From a virus, in the IMG/VR virus record IMGVR_UViG_3300045988_080954: DNA of 64,000 nt. One strand, written 5' to 3'. This document shows, in pieces, positions 46,049 to 53,656 of this stretch. The notes below the pieces were generated by a model. It made no database searches and was not told the origin of the DNA. It saw nothing but the letters and a program-made list of their open reading frames with translations. Position 1 is the stretch's first letter. The number at the start of each line of letters is the position of its first letter. The position numbers and the translations under genes are program-made.

Positions 46049-46699
46049 ATGAACAATATACATACTGCATATGATGTAATGAAAGAATACTTAATAACCG
46101 ATGCAGAACTTGACGGCCAGTTTCAGGTGCCGATGTTGTCAAAATCGGATGTCGTGCCGAGTAAGGGAATAGATTTCGTATCTTCGAAGTCCAGAACCCT
46201 GAAAGGGCATAAGGACCTGACCGTGAATTTCTATATCGACGATAAAAGTTTCTTGCAGGTCTGGAATCAACCAGATCAGTACATCGAACATCTGAAATGC
46301 TTTCATTCAGTCTGTAGTCCGGACTTTACAATTGCACACGGGATGCCGACAGCTTTGAATATTTATAACCTGTACCGTAATCATGCACTGGGGTATTACT
46401 GGAACATGATGGGCGTTAATATCATTCCGTCGGTCAATATCATCAGCCTGAAGGACATGCCGTGGATATTCGATGGTACGCCACATAGGAGTGTGGTATC
46501 GTGTTGCACGAACGGGAGAGTGAGGTCTAAGTCTGCCAGAATGGAATTTTGTGAAAACTTCAAGGAAATGTTGGAAGCAATCGAACCAATTAAAGTTGTG
46601 ATCGTCGGTATTGTACCGGATGAATTAAATGTGGACGTGCCGATCATCAATCTCAATTCAAGAAGTCAGAACATGAAAGAGAAATTCAGAAAGGAGTAA
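46049..46699 (+). CDS. DUF4417-like protein (216 aa)
   Basis: NFYIDDKSFLQVWNQPDQYIEHL...SPDFTI...NLYRNHALGYYWNMMGVNIIPSV fits the recalled DUF4417 pattern. Family call is tentative. Confidence 0.5.
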   Translation: MNNIHTAYDVMKEYLITDAELDGQFQVPMLSKSDVVPSKGIDFVSSKSRTLKGHKDLTVNFYIDDKSFLQVWNQPDQYIEHLKCFHSVCSPDFTIAHGMPTALNIYNLYRNHALGYYWNMMGVNIIPSVNIISLKDMPWIFDGTPHRSVVSCCTNGRVRSKSARMEFCENFKEMLEAIEPIKVVIVGIVPDELNVDVPIINLNSRSQNMKEKFRKE

Positions 46700-46702
46700 G
46701 CC

Positions 46703-46840
46703 ATGGGAACGATCAGTAAAGGAGCAGCGAAACGTAGGAACAAGGAAACATCCGGTCAGAAAAGACGTAGGAATAAGATTTCTGATATCATGAGAAGAAA
46801 GAACATTGCCGGAAAAGATGAATTGAATGTGATGAGATAA
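46703..46840 (+). CDS. small highly basic protein (45 aa)
   Basis: Below the cutoff. AAGGAG lies 5 nt upstream. Product MGTISKGAAKRRNKETSGQKRRRNKISDIMRRKNIAGKDELNVMR. Confidence 0.35.
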   Translation: MGTISKGAAKRRNKETSGQKRRRNKISDIMRRKNIAGKDELNVMR

Positions 46841-46903
46841 AAATTTACATCGCGTCGAGATACGTTATAGAAAATTATATACAGAATGCACAAAAATAAA
46901 AAG

Positions 46904-46943
46904 TCGCAGGTCTGAATTAGTTTCAGATTTCTGCGATTTTTTT
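46904..46943 (+). terminator. intrinsic terminator closing the rightward early/integrase block
   Basis: TCGCAG (46904-46909) pairs with CTGCGA (46931-46936). Inner TCTGAA/TTCAGA stem, then T7. Confidence 0.65.
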
Positions 46944-47728
46944 CAGATTTTTCCAGTTCAAACCGACCGGGTTTTGATGCTGTTTCAGACTTGTCGTACA
47001 TTTTCTTGGTGCCTTTGTCTTTCCCGGGACCGTCTCGGAAACCTCCAGCCGATCAGGAACAGACCGCCACCGGGAGCCTATGGAACCCCGCCGCCCGGCA
47101 TGATCTGACAAAGCCAGAGTCAAACAATACAGCCCGCCGGGGATAACCCGGGAGCGGACCGGGAACAACTGCGGAAGCATCAGACGCAGCCAGAGTCAAA
47201 ACTAAAACCGGTTCTAATAGAACGTTGTAAAATGCGTTTAAAAACGTTTTTCGTGCAACTGCGGAAAATATACAGGAAGCACATAAAATGTGCTTAAAAA
47301 GCCAAATACGGCGTTATAGAAGCATTTAAGGCACAAACACCCAAGCAAAACGCCTAAAAGCGTACAGAAATAAGACCGCCGGAGCGATCACAAGCAAAGC
47401 CCGCCTAGCTTCGCACGATCTGGAAAAGAAAGACCGAACCGGGCGAAGCGTCCGCGCAACTATACAGAGTAATAATAACCCCGTTGCGTTCTATCGTCAA
47501 TCCCTATTATTAATTCGACATTTGAAGATTTAAGGCGGTTTTATATACTTGTGATAAAATATACCAGAATCACGCTAAAAGCCGTTAAAACATCAAATAG
47601 AAGCCGATACAGCTATATAATTGTCAATGCACATCACACCGGGACACAAGCCCCGGCGAAGTCCCGGCACAGGTCACGAACCACCGCCGCCCGGAGCGGA
47701 TGCAGGACACCAGAAAAAGAGCAGTGTT
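46944..47728. other. about 0.8-kb GC-richer non-coding island (attP / ori / ncRNA candidate)
   Basis: No RBS-preceded ORF. GCCAGAGTCAAA x2 (47113, 47189). CAACTGCGGAA x2 (47166, 47256). Hairpin AAGCACAT-AAA-ATGTGCTT (47277-47295). Composition is visibly unlike the flanks. Confidence 0.5.
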
Positions 47729-48109
47729 TTACTGCTCTAAATATTTTATATTTGCGACCCCGGGCAAGTCCTGGAAGAACTCCCGGAAGCCGCCGTCAGT
47801 AACATTGTACTGGCGGTCAGATGTCGGAATCATGCGACCGCCTTTTATCTCCATGCAGGAAAGTTGCAAACATCCCGGATTTTTCACAGACTTATGCAGG
47901 GCATACCGCATAAAAGACACCGCCCCGGACTGACACCGCACCGGAGGCAAGTCGTACCAGATCAGCGGGACAGAGCCGAAAGCGACCGCATCAAATACTT
48001 TTCTGGCGTCCTTTTCTGCCAATTCTTTAATTTTGTCAACTGTGGAAAAATCGCCGCTTTTTATAGCGGCGACAACTTGCTTTTGTGTGGATTTTCTGAT
48101 TTTGATCAA
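47729..48109 (-). CDS. hypothetical protein (126 aa)
   Basis: TTG at 48109 lies 7 nt after GGAGGA and abuts the upstream stop. The longer track ORF overlaps the upstream gene. Confidence 0.45.
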   Translation of the reverse strand: MIKIRKSTQKQVVAAIKSGDFSTVDKIKELAEKDARKVFDAVAFGSVPLIWYDLPPVRCQSGAVSFMRYALHKSVKNPGCLQLSCMEIKGGRMIPTSDRQYNVTDGGFREFFQDLPGVANIKYLEQ

Positions 48110-48110
48110 T

Positions 48111-48323
48111 TTATAATCCTCCGTAAGTTTTGTTTTTCTTATAACACTTGTTCCAAAATTGCACAATGTTCTCGGCTTCTTTCTTTGTTCCGCAGATATT
48201 GGCGGTGGTGATGCCGGGAATCTGTAAGGAGAATAACAAGTTTTCGTTTCCGGAAACTTTGAGGACGGAAGCATAATTTTTCCCATCTTGTTTTACGGAT
48301 ATAGCAATATAATGATTCTTCAT
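48111..48323 (-). CDS. hypothetical protein (70 aa)
   Basis: ATG ORF in the leftward operon. Confidence 0.5.
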   Translation of the reverse strand: MKNHYIAISVKQDGKNYASVLKVSGNENLLFSLQIPGITTANICGTKKEAENIVQFWNKCYKKNKTYGGL

Positions 48324-48365
48324 ACTTTTTCTTTCTTCCCTCTACCCATGGGAGCCAGGTTATTA

Positions 48366-48407
48366 AAGGCGTTGCCGGGAATCGAACCCGGCAGGAACCG
48401 TTACGCC
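48366..48407 (-). ncRNA. tRNA 3'-half-like / acceptor-T-arm minihelix element
   Basis: Minus strand reads AGGCGTA-ACGGTTCCT-GCCGGG-TTCGATT-CCCGGC-AACGCCT. Perfect T-arm with a consensus T-loop, and a 6/7 acceptor-like stem. No D or anticodon arm. Confidence 0.4.
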
Positions 48408-48413
48408 TGAAAA

Positions 48414-48782
48414 CTAAATTCTTTTTGCAAACTCGATTTCCGTATAGTTTTTTCCGGTTACCTCGTTTACAAATTCCAAAATTCCGGTTCTTGTGAAATC
48501 GAAACGCGAAAAATCAAATCCCTTTTGCGCAAGCCTATATTCATAAAAGCGCCCGCATCCATCAGTGTCGTAATATGTGCCATCGACATGTAATGCGTTA
48601 GGCTGCACCACTGGACAGCCTTTTTTATTTGCGTCGCGTCTCTGGTAGCTGCCAAAGTCTGCGATAACGTGCAATCCGTCCAATGTGTCAAATTCTGTGC
48701 GAACTCTGCAATTTGGAACGTCTGAGCCGTTTCTATAGCCTGTTCCTGTACATCCGTATTCTACTAATGTTAATTTTTTCAT
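48414..48782 (-). CDS. hypothetical protein (122 aa)
   Basis: RBS AGGAGGA. Leftward operon. Confidence 0.55.
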   Translation of the reverse strand: MKKLTLVEYGCTGTGYRNGSDVPNCRVRTEFDTLDGLHVIADFGSYQRRDANKKGCPVVQPNALHVDGTYYDTDGCGRFYEYRLAQKGFDFSRFDFTRTGILEFVNEVTGKNYTEIEFAKRI

Positions 48783-48849
48783 GTTTTTAATCCTCCTGAT
48801 TTTATTTTAAAAGGCCGCCGGGGAAATGCTCCCCGGTACGCTTGCCGGT

Positions 48850-49242
48850 CTAATTTTCCGTAAGTCTTTTGAAAATATCAATTGTAAGAGCTGCAAGCCC
48901 CCTTTTCTTGTCTGACATATAACCATGTCTTTTACTTCTCAGCGCTTTTTCGGCAGTTTTCAAACTGTTTACACCGTAAGATGCGGCTTTTTGGAGTGCC
49001 TTGTATTCTTCAGAAGTAACCGGAACAGCTTTCAATGCATCGGGATTAATGGAAAAATCTTCTTTATCTCCCGGGCGGAGCATCTGGCAAATAGGAATAT
49101 AAAGATCAGTCCCCATGTTTTCACCAATATTCCAAACAAAGTAGTTACCCGGGATTTTCTTCACAATTTCAAAAGTATGTGTATTCCATAAAGATGCAGA
49201 AATAATTTTGTTTCCCTCGATTTTTACTGTTGCGTATGCCAT
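48850..49242 (-). CDS. hypothetical protein (130 aa)
   Basis: ATG at 49242 follows AGAGAGG. CCGGGG/CCCCGG hairpin (48818-48836) downstream. Confidence 0.55.
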   Translation of the reverse strand: MAYATVKIEGNKIISASLWNTHTFEIVKKIPGNYFVWNIGENMGTDLYIPICQMLRPGDKEDFSINPDALKAVPVTSEEYKALQKAASYGVNSLKTAEKALRSKRHGYMSDKKRGLAALTIDIFKRLTEN

Positions 49243-49319
49243 ATTATTTACCTCTCTTTTTATTTTTTTGAAGTCCGGCGGTTGCGTTGGGGCTACGGCT
49301 TGACCGCCGCCGGAGAAAT

Positions 49320-49661
49320 TTATTTGATTTTTGTATCTGTCCAGATATCGAGGATACAACGAAAACAATTTAATTCATCAACGGTAAAACCGCCGTCATT
49401 TATATGGAATATTGCGTAATCTCCATATTGTTTGTTGATATCCTGCACATAGTTGTAAAATTCTTCAAAACGCTCTAAACGGTCAAGGTCAAGCATATAC
49501 CACTTGTGCTCGCTTGGAAGCGTTTTTATAAAGGCTTCAGCATTTACCGGATAAGCAAATAAACCGGCAACACTCACTTTACTTTTATGATCGTCTTGTG
49601 TGCTGCGGTCGATCATTGCGAACACCGCCCAGTTTAAGTACTTTGTATATTTATTTGTCAT
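49320..49661 (-). CDS. hypothetical protein (113 aa)
   Basis: ATG ORF in the leftward operon. Confidence 0.55.
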   Translation of the reverse strand: MTNKYTKYLNWAVFAMIDRSTQDDHKSKVSVAGLFAYPVNAEAFIKTLPSEHKWYMLDLDRLERFEEFYNYVQDINKQYGDYAIFHINDGGFTVDELNCFRCILDIWTDTKIK

Positions 49662-49759
49662 TGTTTTTTACCTTTCACCATGTTATAATAGGCTTACCTT
49701 TCTTATTTTTTTGATTGGTGCCGCTAGGTGAGTTGGTAGCTGACTAGCGGCTATTTTTT

Positions 49760-49963
49760 TTATGCAAGTCTAATAATCAGTCCCAGTTCATTGTTTTTGT
49801 TTGATCTTGTAATGTAGAAGTCAATGACTACATCGTCAAAATACTTTTTGCAGGCCTGGAGCATTTTCCCGCTCATTTCCCACTCTACAAATTCACTTTT
49901 ACCGTTTTTCTGGATTTCAAAAAAATCACAGTGCATTGTGTTAAATAAGTCTAAAAACTTCAT
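49760..49963 (-). CDS. hypothetical protein (67 aa)
   Basis: RBS GGAGAAAAAA. Leftward. Confidence 0.5.
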   Translation of the reverse strand: MKFLDLFNTMHCDFFEIQKNGKSEFVEWEMSGKMLQACKKYFDDVVIDFYITRSNKNNELGLIIRLA

Positions 49964-50050
49964 AGCTTTTTTTTCTCCTGTTTTCTTTTGATGAGATCAT
50001 TATAGTGCTAACGGTATATAATTGCAATACCGTAATTTTATACAAAATAT

Positions 50051-50193
50051 TATAGCGATATCTGTATAAATTATATATAGTTATCTATATGCGCGTATAC
50101 AGTTAACTATAATATAGATATCTATATATTAGATAGCGTTATATTTCTATTGACTTTTATTATACAGTTAACTATAATATAGATATCTGTATA
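50051..50193. repeat. iteron/operator-like repeats built on the half-site TATACAG/CTGTATA
   Basis: 33-bp unit TATACAGTTAACTATAATATAGATATCT(A/G)TATA at 50096-50128 and 50161-50193 (32/33). An extra GATATCTGTATA at 50056-50067. The second unit carries the -10 of TTGACT (50150)-N17-TATAAT (50173). Confidence 0.8.
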
Positions 50194-50209
50194 AAGGAGG
50201 TCTTAGAAA

Positions 50210-50458
50210 ATGGCTATCAGTAAATCACAAGCAAGAGCCACCGCAAAATATGAAAAGAATAATTATTTTAAAACCCTTGTCCGCTTTAAGAAAGAGGACG
50301 AAGAGCGCATAAGAGCCGCCGCAGGCGATAGCCTGAACGGTTTCATTGTCAAATGTGTTCTGGACGCTCTGAACAAATCAGAAACGCCCACACAAGCCCC
50401 GGAAACCGGAGAAGGTGAAGTATTTACTGCCTACGCCGGAGAACCTGTGGAAAATTGA
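50210..50458 (+). CDS. RHH/Arc-like small DNA-binding protein, tentative (82 aa)
   Basis: RBS AAAGGAGG. KSQARATAKYEKNNYFKTLVRFKKEDEERIRAAA resembles Arc/MobC-type beta-alpha-alpha. Only rightward gene inside the leftward block. Confidence 0.45.
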   Translation: MAISKSQARATAKYEKNNYFKTLVRFKKEDEERIRAAAGDSLNGFIVKCVLDALNKSETPTQAPETGEGEVFTAYAGEPVEN

Positions 50459-50662
50459 TTTCGCATCCCTGAAAAGTAATGTATATTATAAACTCAAGTC
50501 AGTCAGCGTTTCGGTGAAGAAGTGACTCGCCAGCTTTACGGCATGACTGAGTTTGAGTTTAAAAAACTTGCTTTCCCGGAAGAATCGTGATATACTCAAG
50601 ACGTTAAGAATATCAGCATTTTTAACATCCTTGGGGCTGTGGTACTTTCCACAGCCCTTTTT

Positions 50663-50818
50663 CTATGCGTACATCTTCGAGACGATCAGAAATCTAAGAC
50701 TTTCGTACTGCCTGCCGGAGATTCCCTCAAAGTCGTTTTCAATCTGGTCCAGGAGCTTCGCCAGCTTTCTTTTTGTGTGGGCCTTTTCAATCTGGCCAAG
50801 ATAGATGTTATATCTCAT
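50663..50818 (-). CDS. small hypothetical protein (51 aa)
   Basis: Below the cutoff. ATGA overlap with the upstream stop. Product MRYNIYLGQIEKAHTKRKLAKLLDQIENDFEGISGRQYESLRFLIVSKMYA. Confidence 0.4.
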   Translation of the reverse strand: MRYNIYLGQIEKAHTKRKLAKLLDQIENDFEGISGRQYESLRFLIVSKMYA

Positions 50819-51102
50819 TTTTTAACCCTCCTGAGACTCAAAACAACATCGTCTTTCATGTCATAAGTACCGCGACTGTCGAACGTAATGACCACCGGTG
50901 CATTATTTTTTAGTCTTGCGTCAAATCCCCATTCTTCGCCGCGGATGTCGGTTACTGTCTGGGTTTTGCTGTGATATACGCCCGGCATCGTGTAGACGTT
51001 GGCGTTCTGCGGTGCGTGGGTGAGTGCGGCGATCATTGTCGCAATAATTAATTTCTTCATGGTTGTTTCCCTCTCTTTCCTATAATGAATTATATTTTTC
51101 AA
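50815..51102 (-). CDS. small secreted protein (95 aa; signal peptide from internal MKKLIIATMIAALTHA)
   Basis: Hydrophobic N-terminal signal-like segment. Confidence 0.5.
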   Translation of the reverse strand: MKNIIHYRKERETTMKKLIIATMIAALTHAPQNANVYTMPGVYHSKTQTVTDIRGEEWGFDARLKNNAPVVITFDSRGTYDMKDDVVLSLRRVKK

Positions 51103-51490
51103 GAATTTCTTTCGTGATTCTCGAATGTGTTTTACAGTGTCTGAATTTGTATCTATGAGCTATTTCGTGAGAAATTACACTCTCTAATGTTTCGGGCTCG
51201 ATGTCGAACCCACCGTTAAAAATAGACTCATATTTTTCATGAATGAAATAATTGTCAATTGTTATAAAACAATCGGCTTTCGGGCTTTCAGGGTCACTGG
51301 TATAAAAGAGTCCTAAGGCGTCTCTATTTCTTCGGGACATTTTTTCGTGATCTCGGTTTGTGATTTCCAGCCCATCAGTTTCTGGGAGTTTGTGAAACTT
51401 AGAAACTACGGAGAAAAACCAATGCAATTCGTCTGCGGTTAATTCAGTTTCGTTTCCGTAGAAATCTGTATATGTATTTCCAAACTTCAT
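51080..51490 (-). CDS. zinc metallopeptidase-like protein with HExxH (136 aa)
   Basis: VISHEIAHRYKFRHC. ATG at 51490 follows AAAGGAAA. Confidence 0.55.
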   Translation of the reverse strand: MKFGNTYTDFYGNETELTADELHWFFSVVSKFHKLPETDGLEITNRDHEKMSRRNRDALGLFYTSDPESPKADCFITIDNYFIHEKYESIFNGGFDIEPETLESVISHEIAHRYKFRHCKTHSRITKEILEKYNSL

Positions 51491-51566
51491 TTCGTTTCCT
51501 TTCTGCCCTGCCATCATCAGCACCGGGAGGGCGGTCCCGGTGGACGGTCATTTCTGACCGTTTCGG

Positions 51567-51770
51567 CTATCCGTTTATTACTGCATTCACGGTATCCCAT
51601 GCCTGTTGATAGCTTCTTAATACTTCTCCCTTGTGTGGACCTGTGGAAATAATGGTTCCCCACTTCGGAGTGCCGATTCTATCAGTTATCATTTTTTTAT
51701 CAGGCACATATTTCACTTTAAATATCCTGAGTGATTCCATTACGCATCGTTTATACTGTTTCTTTGTCAT
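51567..51770 (-). CDS. hypothetical protein (67 aa)
   Basis: ATG ORF, leftward operon. Confidence 0.5.
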   Translation of the reverse strand: MTKKQYKRCVMESLRIFKVKYVPDKKMITDRIGTPKWGTIISTGPHKGEVLRSYQQAWDTVNAVING

Positions 51771-51787
51771 ATCTATTACCTCTTTTC

Positions 51788-52012
51788 TTAAATTTCTGAA
51801 ATAAGTCCTTCAGCTTCTTCTAAGTTATCAAATGCTTCTTCAATGTCTGAAATATATTCTTCCATCTGTTCACCACGCTCACCGTACTGGAAATTTTCCG
51901 GAAGATTGTCAAACGCTTCCTGTTCTTCATCTTTTACTTCGTCCAGGATGTCTTTGGCTTGCGAGATCAGATCAAGTGCCTCTGATAACCTCTTTCTTCT
52001 TGCTCTGTTCAT
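51788..52012 (-). CDS. small very acidic protein (74 aa)
   Basis: ATG at 52012 follows GAGAGGAAAG. DILDEVKDEEQEAFDNLPENFQYGERGEQMEEYISDIEEAFDNLEEAE. Promoter TTGACA (52100-52095)-N17-TAATAT (52077-52072) on the minus strand. Confidence 0.5.
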   Translation of the reverse strand: MNRARRKRLSEALDLISQAKDILDEVKDEEQEAFDNLPENFQYGERGEQMEEYISDIEEAFDNLEEAEGLISEI

Positions 52013-52195
52013 ACTTTCCTCTCTTTCTCCCGGCTCTGCGTCCGGGCTGTTTGTTCTCTGCTGATGGTTATATATTATCACTAAAATTAGAGAATGTCAA
52101 TATATAAATCACAAAAATAAGAGAAAAATTTTCTTGACATTTAGAGCATAAAAAGTTACATTTATATATAGAAATAAAACAGGAGGAAAGAAAAA

Positions 52196-52450
52196 ATGTT
52201 AGAGTATAAAATTGACGTAATAAAAGAGCTTTCAAATATTGGCATAAACACCACAGTAGCAAAGAATACAGGGATTTTCGGACAGGCTACAATGAAAAAA
52301 TTTAGAGACCGAGACACTAATATATCTCTCGACAACCTCAACCGACTTTGTGCAGTTCTGGAGATGCAGCCAAGAGATATTTTAAAATATGTAGAAACGG
52401 AAAAAGACAGAGCGGATTATATAGAAATAATTCACAAAAAAGAGAGATAA
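52196..52450 (+). CDS. XRE/Cro-type HTH regulator (84 aa)
   Basis: RBS AGGAGGAAAG. NISLDNLNRLCAVLEMQPRDILKY is the typical HTH C-terminal pattern. Confidence 0.6.
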   Translation: MLEYKIDVIKELSNIGINTTVAKNTGIFGQATMKKFRDRDTNISLDNLNRLCAVLEMQPRDILKYVETEKDRADYIEIIHKKER

Positions 52451-52455
52451 CTCTA

Positions 52456-52485
52456 TTGACAAATCACAAATTATAGTGATATAAT
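52456..52485 (+). promoter_or_regulatory. near-consensus promoter TTGACA-N18-TATAAT (TGa extended -10) with internal palindrome ATCAC-N8-GTGAT
   Basis: TTGACA at 52456-52461 and TATAAT at 52480-52485. The inverted repeat lies inside the spacer. Confidence 0.6.
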
Positions 52486-52543
52486 AAAGACAGTTAAAGA
52501 AAACCAATCACACAGCCCCAGGAGGGGCGGACAGGAGGAAGAA

Positions 52544-52774
52544 ATGAAATTAAACACATTGTCATACGTCCTCGGAGCAGAGAACACAATTGAAGCTGGC
52601 AGAGAATATTATTTCGGTCAGCTCTGGGACGGAAACGGGGACGGCGAAGAACTGTTGGAGTCTGGAGCGATCGCCGTATATCAGGATGGCGAGGAATATA
52701 TTGTTGACTTCGAAATCCTGGAACCTGCGGATGATATTTTACAGACCCGGGTCAAAGTTATCGGGATTAACTAG
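52544..52774 (+). CDS. small acidic protein (76 aa)
   Basis: RBS AGGAGGAAG. Asp/Glu-rich. Confidence 0.5.
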   Translation: MKLNTLSYVLGAENTIEAGREYYFGQLWDGNGDGEELLESGAIAVYQDGEEYIVDFEILEPADDILQTRVKVIGIN

Positions 52775-52785
52775 GAGGCAGGAAA

Positions 52786-53001
52786 ATGAAGTATATAATT
52801 ATGGATTATACGGACGGTGATTGTTTCACCGATGAATTTGACAACAAGGAAGAAGCCATTCTGGAAGCAGAGGGAAAATGGTCAAATCTGACAAGGTTTG
52901 AAAAGAAACACAGATCGGAGTTTTACGTGCTGGAAAGCATCAATCCGGACGAGGACGCGCCCGATCATTACGACGGCAATGACGTAAAACGTTGGAAATA
53001 A
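52786..53001 (+). CDS. small acidic protein (71 aa)
   Basis: RBS GGAGGCAGG. Asp/Glu-rich. Confidence 0.5.
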   Translation: MKYIIMDYTDGDCFTDEFDNKEEAILEAEGKWSNLTRFEKKHRSEFYVLESINPDEDAPDHYDGNDVKRWK

Positions 53002-53016
53002 ACCGGAGGTAAGAAA

Positions 53017-53478
53017 ATGATTAAGAGAGTAAAACTTGAAACCATTTACAAAATGGCTAAAGAAGATAACGAGAAAATAAAAGCTCGTAAACTTTTCCCG
53101 GACGGATGGGATGAAAAAGTCTACGATTATTACAACAAACTGTCAAAAGATTCGTACGACGTTGAAATGTTTATGGATTTTTTGAGCGGTGAAGATTCGC
53201 CGCTAGAAATGGCGTACGCATACAGAAGAAATATGTATATTATGTTGTATACAATGAATGCAACAGATACAATGGCATTTGTAGACGGCGAATATGATAT
53301 ATTTTACATCGTATCAAAAGACGGTGATGATTATAACAGCTGGGAGTGGTGTTTCACAAACAATATTGACCCGATCAAATACAGGGGTGACGACGGAGAC
53401 GAACCGGTCCCGGAATGGCTCATAAAAAAATACAAAGAACAGATAAGAGAGGAAAAGAGAAATGAAGAAAACAATTAA
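53017..53478 (+). CDS. hypothetical acidic protein (153 aa)
   Basis: RBS GGAGGTAAG. Confidence 0.5.
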   Translation: MIKRVKLETIYKMAKEDNEKIKARKLFPDGWDEKVYDYYNKLSKDSYDVEMFMDFLSGEDSPLEMAYAYRRNMYIMLYTMNATDTMAFVDGEYDIFYIVSKDGDDYNSWEWCFTNNIDPIKYRGDDGDEPVPEWLIKKYKEQIREEKRNEENN

Positions 53479-53656
53479 TTTATTAAATGAAGTTGTAGCA
53501 ATGGGATTCGGCAGAGAGCAGGCGCTTGCAGACATCGATGCAAGCCTCGACTCAGAACTTGAAGAAAGAAAGCCATTGATGGAGGAAGAAATACCCGAAA
53601 GTCTGTATGACGATATCCTTGAAGGTTTTCGAGCAGACAAGGAAATGAACGCATGA
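53462..53656 (+). CDS. small acidic protein (64 aa)
   Basis: Overlaps both neighbours. Glu/Asp-rich. Confidence 0.45.
   Translation: MKKTINLLNEVVAMGFGREQALADIDASLDSELEERKPLMEEEIPESLYDDILEGFRADKEMNA

Noticed and set aside
46923-48211. ORFs 46923..47180(-), 47551..47802(+), 47700..47933(+) and 47864..48211(+) in and next to the GC-rich island
   Set aside because: They have no RBS and give Arg/Pro/Gly-rich products typical of out-of-frame GC-rich DNA. The last one is antisense to a better leftward gene.
49275-49760. GC-rich hairpins between leftward genes (49277-49315 and 49724-49750) as a repeated mobile REP-like element
   Set aside because: The hairpins do not share sequence with each other. 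They are more simply operon-internal terminators or stabilisers, and one has a plus-strand T-run, so its role is unclear.
50553-50866. Plus-strand ORFs 50553..50804 and 50639..50866; also a possible convergent sRNA (TTGCTT-N17-TATACT at about 50569, ending at the 50634-50662 hairpin) suggesting a type I toxin-antitoxin
   Set aside because: The plus ORFs are antisense to a well-coupled 51-aa leftward gene. That gene's product is hydrophilic, unlike type I toxins, so the TA idea is unsupported.
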